64,000 nucleotides of DNA, taken from the NCBI GenBank assembly GCA_964016885.1, contig OZ024742.1, forward strand, positions 4,588,001 through 4,652,000. Direction: 5' to 3'. Made by a program: the position numbers and the translations under genes. This DNA is from Eledone cirrhosa. Taxonomy: Eukaryota. Of the stretch, positions 49,901 to 64,000 are shown piece by piece (position 1 is the first letter of the stretch; every line of letters starts with the position of its first letter). Under the pieces are notes generated by a model, which was given only the letters and a program-made list of their open reading frames with translations, did no database searches and was not told the DNA's origin.

Positions 49901-52900
49901 GTAGTTATAGTCAGATTGGAATAGTAGTTATAGTTATGTGGTATAGTAGTTATAGTTATGTGGTATAGTAGTTATAGTTATGTGGTATAGTAGTTATAGT
50001 TATGTGGTATATTAGTCATAGTTATGTGGTATAGTAGTTATAGTTATGTGGTATAGTAGTCATAGTCATGTGGTATAGTAGTTATAGTTATGTGGTATAG
50101 TAGTCATAGTCATGTGGTATAGTAGTTATAATTATGTGATAAAGTAGTTATAGTTAGGTTGTATATTAGTTATATCTATGTGGTATAGTAGTTATAGTTA
50201 TGTGGTATGGTAGTCATAGTTATGTGGTATAGTAGTTATAGTTATGTGGTATAGTAGTTATAGTCAGATGGTATAGTAGTTATAGTTATGTGGTATAGTA
50301 GTTATAGTTATGTGGTATAGTAGTTATAGTTTTGTGGTATAGTAGTTATAGTTATGTGGTATAGTAGTCATAGTTATGTGGTATAGTAGTTATGGTCAGA
50401 TGGTATAGTAGTTATAATTATGTGGTATAGTAGTTATAGTTATGTGGTATAGTAGTTATAGTCAGATGGTATAGTAGTTATAGTTATGTGGTATAGTAGT
50501 TATAGTTATGTGGTATAGTAGTTATAGTTATGTGGGATAGTAGTTATAGTTATGTGGTATAGTAGTCATAGTTATGTGGTATAGTAGTTATAGTTATGTG
50601 GTATAGTAGTCATAGTCATGTGGTATAGTAGTTATAATTATGTGATAAAGTAGTTATAGTTAGGTTGTATATTAGTTATATCTATGTGGTAGAGTAGTTA
50701 TAGTTATGTTGTATAGTAGTTATATTTATGTGGTATAGTAGTCATAGTTATGTGGTATAGTAGTTATAGTTATGTGCTATAGTAGTCATAGTCATGTGGT
50801 ATAGTAGTTATAATTATGTGGTAGAGTAGTTATAGTTAGGTTGTATAGTAGTTATAGTTATGTGGTAGAGTAGTTATAGTTATGTTGTATAGTAGTTATA
50901 GTTATGTGGTATAGTAGTCATAGTTATGTGGTAGTGTAGTTATAGTTATGTTGTATAGTAGTTATAGTTATGTGGTATAGGAGTCATAGTTATGTGGTAT
51001 AGTAGTTATAGTTATGTGGTTTAGTAGTTATAGTTATGTGGTATAGTAGTTATAGTTATGTTGTATAGTAGTTATAGTCAGATGGTATAGTAGTTATAGT
51101 TATGTGGTAGAGTAGTTATAGTTATGTGGTATCTTAGTCATAGTTATGTGGTACAGTAGTTATAGTTATGTGGTATGGTAGTCATAGTTATGTGGTATAG
51201 TAGTTATAGTTATGTGGTAGAGTAGTTATAGTCAGATGGTATAGTAGTTATAGTTATGTGGTATAGTAGTTATAGTTATGTGGTATAGTAGTTATAGTTA
51301 TGTAGTATAGTAGTTATAGTTATGTGGTATAGTAGTCATAGATATGTGGTATAGTAGTTATAGTTATGTGGTATAGTAGTTATAGTTATGTGGTATAGTA
51401 GTCATAGTTATGTTGTATAGTAGTTATAGTTATGTGGTATAGTAGTTATAGTCAGATGGTATAGTAGTTATAGTTATGTGGTATAGTAGTTATAGTTTTG
51501 TGATATAGTAATTATAGGTATGTGGTATAGTAGTTATAGTTAGGTGGTATAGTAATCATAATCAGATGGTATAGTAGTTATAGTTATGTGTTATAGTAGT
51601 TATAGTTATGTGGTATAGTAGTTATAGTTATGTGGTATATTAGTCATAGTTATGTGGTATAGTAGTTATAGTTATGTGGTATAGTAGTTCTAGTCAGATG
51701 GTATAATAGTTATAATTATGTGGTATAGTAGTTATAGTTATGTGGTATAGTAGTTCTAGTCAGATGGTATAATAGTTATAATTATGTGGTATAGTAGTCA
51801 TAGTTATGTGGTATAGTAGTTATAGTTATGTGGTATAGTAGTTCTAGTCAGATGGTATAATAGTTATAATTATGTGGTATAGTAGTTATAGTTATGTGGT
51901 ATAGTAGTTATAGTTTTGTGATATAGTAGTTATAGTTATGTGGTATAGTAGTTATAGTGAGATGGTATAGTAGTTATAATTATGTGGTATAGTAGTTATT
52001 ACTATGTGGTATAGTAGTTATAGTTATGTGGTATAGTAGTTATAGTTTTGTGATATAGTAATTATAGGTATGTGGTATAGTATTCATAGTTATGTGGAAT
52101 AGAAGTTATAGTTATGTGCTATAGTAGTCATAGTCATGTGGTATAGTAGTTATAATTATGTGGTATAGTAGTTATAGTTAGGTTGTATAGTAGTTATAGT
52201 TATGTGGTAGAGTAGTAAGAGTTATGTTGTATAGTAGTTATAGTTATGTGGTATAGTAGTCATAGTTATGTGGTAGAGTAGTTATAGTTATGTTGTATAC
52301 TAGTTATAGTTATGTGGTATAGGAGTCATAGTTATGTGGTATAGTAGTTATAGTTATGTGGTTTATTAGTTATAGTTATGTGGTATAGTAGTTATAGTTA
52401 TGTTGTATAGTAGTTATAGTTATGTGGTATCTTAGTCATAGTTATGTGGTACAGTAGTTATAGTTATGTGGTATAGTAGTCATAGTTATGTGCTATAGTA
52501 GTTATAGTTATGTTGTATAGTAGTTATAGTTATGTGGTATAGTATTTATAGTCAGATGGTATAGTAGTTATAGTTATGTGATATAGTAGTTATAGTTATG
52601 TTGTATAGTAGTTATAGTTATGTGGTATAGTAGTCATAGTTATGTGGTATACTAGTTATAGTTGTGTGGTATAGTAGTTATCGTCAGATGGTATAGTAGT
52701 TATAGTTATGTGGTATAGTAGTTATAGTTATGTGGTATAGCAGTTATAGTTATGTGGTATAGTAGTTATAGTTATGTGGTATATTAGTCATAGTTTGATG
52801 GTATAGTAGTTATAGTCAGATGGTATAGTAGTTATAGTTATGTGGTATAGTAGTTCTAGTTATGTGGTATAGTAGTTATAGTTATGTGATATAGTAGTTA

Positions 52901-55900
52901 TAGTTATGTGGTATAGTAGTCATAGATATGTGGTATAGTAGTTATAGTTATGTGGTATAGTAGTTATATTTATGTGGTATAGTAGTCATAGTTATGTTGT
53001 ATAGTAGTGAAAGTTATGTGGTATAGTAGTTATATTCAGATGGTATAGTAGTTATAGTTATGTGGTATAGTAGTTATAGTTTTGTGATATAGTAATTATA
53101 GGTATGTGGTATAGTAGTTATAGTTAGGTGGTATAGTAATCATAATCAGATGGTATAGTAGTTATAGTTATGTGTTATAGTAGTTATAGTTATGTGGTAT
53201 AGTAGTTATAGTTATGTGGTATAGTAGTCATAGTTATGTGGTATAGTAGTTATAGTTATGTGGTATAGTAGTTCTAGTCAGATGGTATAATAGTTATAGT
53301 TATGTGGTATATAGTTATAGTTTTGTGATATAGTAGTTATTGTTATGTGGTATAGTAGTTATAGTTTTGTGATATATTCGTTATAGTTATGTGGTATTGT
53401 AGTTATAGTGAAATGGTATAGTAGTTATAATTATGTGGTATAGTAGTTATAAATATGTGGTATAGTAGTTATAGTTATGTGGTATAGTAGTTAAAGTCAG
53501 ATGGTATAGTAGTTATATTTATGTGGCATAGTAGTTATAGTTATGTGGTATAGTAGTTATAGTTATGTGTTATAGTAGTTATAGTTATGTGGTATAGTAG
53601 TTATATTTATGTGGTATAGTAGTTATAGTTTTGTGATATAGTAGTTATAGTTATGTGGTATAGTAGTTGTAGTTATGTGGTATAGTAGTCATAGTCAGAT
53701 GGTATAGTAGTTATAGTCAGATGGTATAGTACTTATAATTATGTGGTATAGTAGTTATAGTTATGTGGTATAGTAGTTATAGTCAGATGGTATAGTAGTT
53801 ATAGTTATGTGGTATAGTAGTTATAGTTATGTGGTATAGTAGTTATAGTTATGTGGTATAGTATTTATAGTTATGTGGTATAGTAGTCATAGTTATGTGG
53901 TATAGTAGTTATAGTTATGTAGTATAGTAGTCATAGTCATGTGGTATAGTAATTATAATTATGTGGTATAGTAGTTATAGTTAGGTTGTATAGTAGTTAT
54001 ATCTATGTGGTAGAGTAGTTATAGTTATGTTGTATAGTAGTTATATTTATGTGGTATAGTAGTCATAGTTATGTGGTATAGTAGTTATAGTTATGTGCTA
54101 TAGTAGTCATAGTCATGTGGTATAGTAGTTATAATTATGTGGTAGAGTAGTTATAGTTAGGTTGTATAGTAGTTATAGTTATGTGGTAGAGTAGTTATAG
54201 TTATGTTGTATAGTAGTTATAGTTATGTGGTATAGTAGTCATAGTTATGTGGTAGTGTAGTTATAGTTATGTTGTATAGTAGTTATAGTTATGTGGTATA
54301 GGAGTCATAGTTATGTGGTATAGTAGTTATAGTTATGTGGTTTAGTAGTTATAGTTATGTGGTAGTGTAGTTATAGTTATGTTGTATAGTAGTTATAGTT
54401 ATGTGGTATAGGAGTCATAGTTATGTGGTATAGTAGTTATAGTTATGTGGTTTAGTAGTCATAGTTATGTGGTAGTGTAGTTATAGTTATGTTGTATAGT
54501 AGTTATAGTTATGTGGTATCTTAGTCATAGTTATGTGGTACAGTAGTTATAGTTATGTGGTATGGTAGTCATAGTTATGTGGTATAGTAGTTATAGTTAT
54601 GTGGTAGAGTAGTTATAGTCAGATGGTATAGTAGTTATAGTTATGTGGTATAGTAGTTATAGTTATGTGGTATAGTAGTTATAGTTATGTAGTATAGTAG
54701 TTATAGTTATGTGGTATAGTAGTCATAGATATGTGGTATAGTAGTTATAGTTATATGGTATAGTAGTTATAGTTATGTGGTATAGTAGTCATAGTTATGT
54801 TGTATAGTAGTTATAGTTATGTGGTATAGTAGTTATAGTCAGATGGTATAGTAGTTATAGTTATGTGGTATAGTAGGTATAGTTTTGTGATATAGTAATT
54901 ATAGGTATGTGGTATAGTAGTTATAGTTAGGTGGTATAGTAATCATAATCAGATGGTATAGTAGTTATAGTTATGTGTTATAGTAGTTATAGTTATGTGG
55001 TATAGTAGTTATAGTTATGTGGTATAGTAGTCATAGTTATGTGGTATAGTAGTTATAGTTATGTGGTATAGTAGTTCTAGTCAGATGGTATAATAGTTAT
55101 AATTATGTGGTATAGTAGTTATAGTTATGTGATATAGTAGTTATAGTTATGTGGTATAGTAGTTATAGTTATGTGGTATAGTAGTTATAGTGAGATGGTA
55201 TAGTAGTTATAATTATGTGGTATAGTAGTTATTACTATGTGGTATAGTAGTTATAGTTATGTGGTATAGTAGTTATAGTTTTGTGATATAGTAATTATAG
55301 GTATGTGGTATAGTATTCATAGTTATGTGGAATAGAAGTTATAGTTATGTGCTATAGTAGTCATAGTCATGTGGTATAGTAGTTATAATTATGTGGTATA
55401 GTAGTTATAGTTAGGTTGTATAGTAGTTATAGTTATGTGGTAGAGTAGTAAGAGTTATGTTGTATAGTAGTTATAGTTATGTGGTATAGTAGTCATAGTT
55501 ATGTGGTAGAGTAGTTATAGTTATGTTGTATACTAGTTATAGTTATGTGGTATAGGAGTCATAGTTATGTGGTATAGTAGTTATAGTTATGTGGTTTATT
55601 AGTTATAGTTATGTGGTATAGTAGTTATAGTTATGTTGTATAGTAGTTATAGTTATGTGGTATCTTAGTCATAGTTATGTGGTACAGTAGTTATAGTTAT
55701 GTGGTATAGTAGTCATAGTTATGTGCTATAGTAGTTATAGTTATGTTGTATAGTAGTTATAGTTATGTGGTATAGTATTTATAGTCAGATGGTATAGTAG
55801 TTATAGTTATGTGATATAGTAGTTATAGTTATGTTGTATAGTAGTTATAGTTATGTGGTATAGTAGTCATAGTTATGTGGTATACTAGTTATAGTTGTGT

Positions 55901-58900
55901 GGTATAGTAGTTATCGTCAGATGGTATAGTAGTTATAGTTATGTGGTATAGTAGTTATAGTTATGTGGTATAGCAGTTATAGTTATGTGGTATCGTAGTT
56001 ATAGTTATGTGGTATATTAGTCATAGTTTGATGGTATAGTAGTTATAGTCAGATGGTATAGTAGTTATAGTTATGTGGTATAGTAGTTCTAGTTATGTGG
56101 TATAGTAGTTATAGTTATGTGATATAGTAGTTATAGTTATGTGGTATAGTAGTCATAGATATGTGGTATAGTAGTTATAGTTATGTGGTATAGTAGTTAT
56201 ATTTATGTGGTATAGTAGTCATAGTTATGTTGTATAGTAGTGAAAGTTATGTGGTATAGTAGTTATATTCAGATGGTATAGTAGTTATAGTTATGTGGTA
56301 TAGTAGTTATAGTTTTGTGATATAGTAATTATAGGTATGTGGTATAGTAGTTATAGTTAGGTTGTATAGTAATCATAATCAGATGGTATAGTAGTTATAG
56401 TTATGTGTTATAGTAGTTATAGTTATGTGGTATAGTAGTTATAGTTATGTGGTATAGTAGTCATAGTTATGTGGTATAGTAGTTATAGTTATGTGGTATA
56501 GTAGTTCTAGTCAGATGGTATAATAGTTATAGTTATGTGGTATATAGTTATAGTTTTGTGATATAGTAGTTATTGTTATGTGGTATAGTAGTTATAGTTT
56601 TGTGATATATTCGTTATAGTTATGTGGTATTGTAGTTATAGTGAAATGGTATAGTAGTTATAATTATGTGGTATAGTAGTTATAACTATGTGGTATAGTA
56701 GTTATAGTTATGTGGTATAGTAGTTAAAGTCAGATGGTATAGTAGTTATATTTATGTGGCATAGTAGTTATAGTTATGTGGTATAGTAGTTATAGTTATG
56801 TGTTATAGTAGTTATAGTTATGTGGTATAGTAGTTATATTTATGTGGTATAGTAGTTATAGTTTTGTGATATAGTAGTTATAGTTATGTGGTATAGTAGT
56901 TGTAGTTATGTGGTATAGTAGTCATAGTCAGATGGTATAGTAGTTATAGTCAGATGGTATAGTACTTATAATTATGTGGTATAGTAGTTATAGTTATGTG
57001 GTATAGTAGTTATAGTCAGATGGTATAGTAGTTATACTTATGTGGTATAGTAGTTATAGTTATGTGGTATAGTAGTTATAGTTATGTGGTATAGTATTTA
57101 TAGTTATGTGGTATAGTAGTCATAGTTATGTGGTATAGTAGTTATAGTTATGTAGTATAGTAGTCATAGTCATGTGGTATAGTAATTATAATTATGTGGT
57201 ATAGTAGTTATAGTTAGGTTGTATAGTAGTTATATCTATGTGGTAGAGTAGTTATAGTTATGTTGTATAGTAGTTATATTTATGTGGTATAGTAGTCATA
57301 GTTATGTGGTATAGTAGTTATAGTTATGTGCTATAGTAGTCATAGTCATGTGGTATAGTAGTTATAATTATGTGGTAGAGTAGTTATAGTTAGGTTGTAT
57401 AGTAGTTATAGTTATGTGGTAGAGTAGTTATAGTTATGTTGTATAGTAGTTATAGTTATGTGGTATAGTAGTCATAGTTATGTGGTAGTGTAGTTATAGT
57501 TATGTTGTATAGTAGTTATAGTTATGTGGTATAGGAGTCATAGTTATGTGGTATAGTAGTTATAGTTATGTGGTTTAGTAGTTATAGTTATGTGGTAGTG
57601 TAGTTATAGTTATGTTGTATAGTAGTTATAGTTATGTGGTATAGGAGTCATAGTTATGTGGTATAGTAGTTATAGTTATGTGGTTTAGTAGTCATAGTTA
57701 TGTGGTAGTGTAGTTATAGTTATGTTGTATAGTAGTTATAGTTATGTGGTATCTTAGTCATAGTTATGTGGTACAGTAGTTATAGTTATGTGGTATGGTA
57801 GTCATAGTTATGTGGTATAGTAGTTATAGTTATGTGGTAGAGTAGTTATAGTCAGATGGTATAGTAGTTATAGTTATGTGGTATAGTAGTTATAGTTATG
57901 TGGTATAGTAGTTTTAGTTATGTAGTATAGTAGTTATAGTTATGTGGTATAGTAGTCATAGATATGTGGTATAGTAGTTATAGTTATATGGTATAGTAGT
58001 TATAGTTATGTGGTATAGTAGTCATAGTTATGTTGTATAGTAGTTATAGTTATGTGGTATAGTAGTTATAGTCAGATGGTATAGTAGTTATAGTTATGTG
58101 GTATAGTAGGTATAGTTTTGTGATATAGTAATTATAGGTATGTGGTATAGTAGTTATAGTTAGGTGGTATAGTAATCATAATCAGATGGTATAGTAGTTA
58201 TAGTTATGTGTTATAGTAGTTATAGTTATGTGGTATAGTAGTTATAGTTATGTGGTATAGTAGTCATAGTTATGTGGTATAGTAGTTATAGTTATGTGGT
58301 ATAGTAGTTCTAGTCAGATGGTATAATAGTTATAATTATGTGGTATAGTAGTTATAGTTATGTGATATAGTAGTTATAGTTATGTGGTATAGTAGTTATA
58401 GTTTTGTGATATAGTAGTTATAGTTATGTGGTATAGTAGTTATAGTGAGATGGTATAGTAGTTATAATTATGTGGTATAGTAGTTATAACTATGTGGTAT
58501 AGTAGTTATAGTTATGTGGTATAGTAGTTATAGTTTTGTGATATAGTAATTATAGGTATGTGGTATAGTATTCATAGTTATGTGGAATAGAAGTTATAGG
58601 TATGTGCTATAGTAGTCATAGTCATGTGGTATAGTAGTTATAGTTATGTGGTATAGTAGTTATAGTTAGGTTGTATAGTAGTTATAGTTATGTGGTAGAG
58701 TAGTAATAGTTATGTTGTATAGTAGTTATAGTTATGTGGTATAGTCGTCATAGTTATGTGGTAGAGTAGTTATAGTTATGTTGTATACTAGTTATAGTTA
58801 TGTGGTATAGGAGTCATAGTTATGTGGTATAGTAGTTATAGTTATGTGGTTTATTAGTTATAGTTATGTGGTATAGTAGTTATAGTTATGTTGTATAGTA

Positions 58901-61900
58901 GTTATAGTTATGTGGTATCTTAGTCATAGTTATGTGGTACAGTAGTTATAGTTATGTGGTATAGTAGTCATAGTTATGTGCTATAGTAGTTATAGTTATG
59001 TTGTATAGTAGTTATAGTTATGTGGTATAGTATTTATAGTCAGATGGTATAGTAGTTATAGTTATGTGATATAGTAGTTATAGTTATGTTGTATAGTAGT
59101 TATAGTTATGTGGTATAGTAGTCATAGTTATGTGGTATACTAGTTATAGTTGTGTGGTATAGTAGTTATCGTCAGATGGTATAGTAGTTATAGTTATGTG
59201 GTATAGTAGTTATAGTTATGTGGTATAGCAGTTATAGTTATGTGGTATCGTAGTTATAGTTATGTGGTATATTAGTCATAGTTAGATGGTATAGTAGTTA
59301 TAGTCAGATGGTATAGTAGTTATAGTTATGTGGTATAGTAGTTCTAGTTATGTGGTATAGTAGTTATAGTTATGTGATATAGTAGTTATAGTTATGTGGT
59401 ATAGTAGTCATAGATATGTGGTATAGTAGTTATAGTTATGTGGTATAGTAGTTATAGTTATTTGGTATAGTAGTCATAGTTATGTTGTATAGTAGTGAAA
59501 GTTATGTGGTATAGTAGTTATATTCAGATGGTATAGTAGTTATAGTTATGTGGTATAGTAGTTATAGTTTTGTGATATAGTAATTATAGGTATGTGGTAT
59601 AGTAGTTATAGTTAGGTGGTATAGTAATCATAATCAGATGGTATAGTAGTTATAGTTATGTGTTATAGTAGTTATAGTTATGTGGTATAGTAGTTATAGT
59701 TATGTGGTATAGTAGTCATAGTTATGTGGTATAGTAGTTATAGTTATGTGGTATAGTAGTTCTAGTCAGATGGTATAATAGTTATAGTTATGTGGTATAT
59801 AGTTATAGTTTTGTGATATAGTAGTTATAGTTATGTGGTATAGTAGTTATAGTTTTGTGATATATTCGTTATAGTTATGTGGTATTGTAGTTATAGTGAA
59901 ATGGTATAGTAGTTATAATTATGTGGTATAGTAGTTATAACTATGTGGTATAGTAGTTATAGTTATGTGGTATAGTAGTTAAAGTCAGATGGTATAGTAG
60001 TTATATTTATGTGGCATAGTAGTTATAGTTATGTGGTATAGTAGTTATAGTTATGTGTTATAGTAGTTATAGTTATGTGGTATAGTAGTTATATTTAAGT
60101 GGTATAGTAGTTATAGTTTTGTGATATAGTAGTTATAGTTATGTGGTATAGTAGTTGTAGTTATGTGGTATAGTAGTCATAGTCAGATGGTATAGTAGTT
60201 ATAGTCAGATGGTATAGTAGTTATAATTATGTGGTATAGTAGTTATAGTTATGTGGTATAGTAGTTATAGTCAGATGGTATAGTAGTTATAGTTATGTGG
60301 TATAGTAGTTATAGTTATGTGGTATAGTAGTTATAGTTATGTGGTATAGTAGTTATAGTTATGTGGTATAGTAGTCATAGTTATGTGGTATAGTAGTTAT
60401 AGTTATGTAGTATAGTAGTCATAGTCATGTGGTATAGTAATTATAATTATGTGGTATAGTAGTTATAGTTAGGTTGTATAGTAGTTATATCTATGTGGTA
60501 GAGTAGTTATAGTTATGTTGTATAGTAGTTATATTTATGTGGTATAGTAGTCATAGTTATGTGGTATAGTAGTTATAGTTATGTGCTATAGTAGTCATAG
60601 TCATGTGGTATAGTAGTTATAATTATGTGGTAGAGTAGTTATAGTTAGGTTGTATAGTAGTTATAGTTATGTGGTAGAGTAGTTATAGTTATGTTGTATA
60701 GCAGTTATAATTATGTGGTATAGTAGTCATAGTTATGTGGTAGTGTAGTTATAGTTATGTTGTATAGTAGTTATAGTTATGTGGTATAGGAGTCATAGTT
60801 ATGTGGAATAGTAGTTATAGTTATGTGGTTTAGTAGTCATAGTTATGTGGTATAGTAGTTATAGTTATGTTGTATAGTAGTTATAGTTATGTGGTATCTT
60901 AGTCATAGTTATGTGGTACAGTAGTTATAGTTATGTGGTATGGTAGTCATAGTTATGTGGTATAGTAGTTATAGTCATGTGGTAGAGTAGTTATAGTCAG
61001 ATGGTATAGTAGTTATAGTTATGTGGTATAGTAGTTATAGTTATGTGGTATAGTAGTTATAGTTATGTGGTATAGTAGTCATAGTTATGTGGTATAGTAG
61101 TTATAGTTATGTGCTATAGTAGTCATAGTCATGTGGTATAGTAGTTATAGTTATGTGGTATAGTAGTTATAGTTAGATTATATAGTAGTTATAGTTATGT
61201 GGTGGAGTAGTTATAGTTATGTGGTGTTGTAGTTATAGTTATGTGGTATAGTAGTCATAGTTATGTGGTATAGTAGTTATAGTTATGTTGCATAGTAGTT
61301 ATAGTTATGTGGTATAGTAGTCATAGTTATGTGGTAGAGTAGTTATAGTTATGTTGTATAGTAGTTATAGTTATGTGGTATAGGAGTCATAGTTATGTGG
61401 TATAGTAGTTATAGATATGTTGTATAGTAGTTATAGTTATGTGGTATCTTAGTCATAGTTATGTGGTACAGTAGTTATAGATATGTGGTATGGTAGTCAT
61501 AGTTATGTGGTATATTAGTTATAGTTATGTGGTATAGTAGTTATAGTCAGATGGTATAGTAGTTATAGTTATGTGGTATAGTAGTTATAGTCAGATGGTA
61601 TAGTAGCTATAGTTATGTGATATAGTAGTTATAGTTTTGTTGTATAGTAGTTATAATTATGTGGTATAGTAGTTATAGTTGTGTGGTATAGTAGTTATCG
61701 TCAGATGGTATAGTAGTTATAGTTATGTGGTATAGTAGTTATAGTTATGTGGTATAGCAGTTATAGTTATGTGGTATCGTAGTTATAGTCATGTGGTATA
61801 TTAGTCATCGTTAGATGGTATAGTAGTTATAGTCAGATGGTATATTAGTTATAGTTATGTGGTATAGTAGTTATAGTTATGTGGTATAGTAGTTATAGTT

Positions 61901-64000
61901 ATGTGGTATAGTAGTTATAGTTATGTGGTATAGTAGTCATAGATATGTGGTATAGTAGTTATAGTTATGTGGTATAGTAGTTATAGTTATGTGGTATAGT
62001 AGTCATAGTTATGTTGTATAGTAGTTATATTTATGTGGTATAGTAGTTATAGTCAGATGGTATAGTAGTTATAGTTATGTGGTATAGTAGTTATAGTTCT
62101 GTGATATAGTAATTATAGGTATGTGGTATAGTAGTTATAGTTAGGTGGTATAGTAATCATAATCAGATGGTATAGTAGTTATAGTTATGTGTTATAGTAG
62201 TTATAGTTATGTGGTATAGTAGTTATAGTTATGTGGTATAGTAGTCATAGTTATGTGGTATAGTAGTTATAGTTATGTGGTATAGTAGTTCTAGTCAGAT
62301 GGTATAATAGTTATAATTATGTGGTATAGTAGTTATAGTTTTGTGATATAGTAGTTATAGTTATATGGTATAGTAGTTATAGTTTTGTGATATAGTAGTT
62401 ATAGTTATGTGGTATAGTAGTTATAGTGAGATGGTATAGTAGTTATAATTATGTGGTATAGTAGTTATAGTTATGTGGTATAGGAGTCATAGTTATGTGG
62501 TATAGTAGTTATAGTTATGTGGTTTAGTAGTTATAGTTATGTGGTTTAGTAGTTATAGTTATGTGGTATAGTAGTTATAGTTATGTTGTATAGTAGTTAT
62601 AGTCAGATGGTATAGTAGTTATAGTTATGTGGTAGAGTAGTTATAGTTATGTGGTATCTTAGTCATAGTTATGTGGTACAGTAGTTATAGTTATGTGGTA
62701 TGGTAGTCATAGTTATGTGGTATAGTAGTTATAGTTATGTGGTAGAGTAGTTATAGTCAGATGGTATAGTAGTTATAGTTATGTGGTATAGTAGTTATAG
62801 TTATGTGGTATAGTAGTTATAGTTATGTAGTATAGTAGTTATAGTTATGTGGTATAGTAGTCATAGATATGTGGTATAGTAGTTATAGTTATGTGGTATA
62901 GTAGTTATAGTTATGTGGTATAGTAGTCATAGTTATGTTGTATAGTAGTTATAGTTATGTGGTATAGTAGTTATAGTCAGATGGTATAGTAGTTATAGTT
63001 ATGTGGTATAGTAGTTATAGTTTTGTGATATAGTAATTATAGGTATGTGGTATAGTAGTTATAGTTAGGTGGTATAGTAATCATAATCAGATGGTATAGT
63101 AGTTATAGTTATGTGTTATAGTAGTTATAGTTATGTGGTATAGTAGTTATAGTTATGTGGTATAGTAGTCATAGTTATGTGGTATAGTAGTTATAGTTAT
63201 GTGGTATAGTAGTTCTAGTCAGATGGTATAATAGTTATAATTATGTGGCATAGTAGTTATAGTTATGTGGTATAGTAGTTCTAGTCAGATGGTATAATAG
63301 TTATAATTATGTGGTATAGTAGTCATAGTTATGTGGTATAGTAGTTATAGTTATGTGGTATAGTAGTTCTAGTCAGATGGTATAATAGTTATAATTATGT
63401 GGTATAGTAGTTATAGTTATGTGGTATAGTAGTTATAGTTTTGTGATATAGTAGTTATAGTTATGTGGTATAGTAGTTATAGTGAGATGGTATAGTAGTT
63501 ATAATTATGTGGTATAGTAGTTATTACTATGTGGTATAGTAGTTATAGTTATGTGGTATAGTAGTTATAGTTTTGTGATATAGTAATTATAGGTATGTGG
63601 TATAGTATTCATAGTTATGTGGAATAGAAGTTATAGTTATGTGCTATAGTAGTCATAGTCATGTGGTATAGTAGTTATAATTATGTGGTATAGTAGTTAT
63701 AGTTAGGTTGTATAGTAGTTATAGTTATGTGGTAGAGTAGTAAGAGTTATGTTGTATAGTAGTTATAGTTATGCGGTATAGTAGTCATAGTTATGTGGTA
63801 GAGTAGTTATAGTTATGTTGTATACTAGTTATAGTTATGTGGTATAGGAGTCATAGTTATGTGGTATAGTAGTTATAGTTATGTGGTTTATTAGTTATAG
63901 TTATGTGGTATAGTAGTTATAGTTATGTTGTATAGTAGTTATAGTTATGTGGTATCTTAGTCATAGTTATGTGGTACAGTAGTTATAGTTATGTGGTATA
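13953..64000 (+). repeat. 22-bp satellite DNA array, consensus TAGTTATGTGGTATAGTAGTTA, >50 kb, continues past window end
   Basis: Uninterrupted head-to-tail monomers, all in one orientation (~2,270 copies by length/22). Common variants are TAGTCAGATGG and ...TAGTCA. No ORFs in the track. Confidence 0.99.

Noticed and set aside
13953-64000. Satellite as CRISPR array, telomere repeat or repetitive-protein gene
   Set aside because: There are no unique spacers. It is not (TTAGGG)n. The 22-nt period puts TAG (plus) and TAA (minus) stops in all frames. One GG per monomer gives no convincing G-quadruplex.

Overview
AT-rich eukaryotic (metazoan) repetitive DNA with no host protein gene. It is probably from an octopod cephalopod; this is an inference from my recollection of Octopus tRNA-derived SINE sequences. 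Bases 1-13,950 are a retroelement/microsatellite mosaic. They hold a 5'-truncated Penelope-like element (RT + GIY-YIG, inverted pseudo-LTRs) split by a SINE with a 16-bp TSD, several SINE and LINE remnants, and a 591-bp tandem repeat. They also hold four long inverted repeats/palindromes and seven hammerhead-ribozyme-like motifs in five different sequence contexts, most in modules that abut (TA)n tracts. The most notable motif is a U3-A8 compensated-core hammerhead, present once per 591-bp tandem unit (retrozyme-like). Bases ~13,953-64,000 are one continuous 22-bp satellite (TAGTTATGTGGTATAGTAGTTA, ~2,270 monomers) with layered, position-dependent higher-order duplications. All alignments and folds were done by eye; no searches were run.
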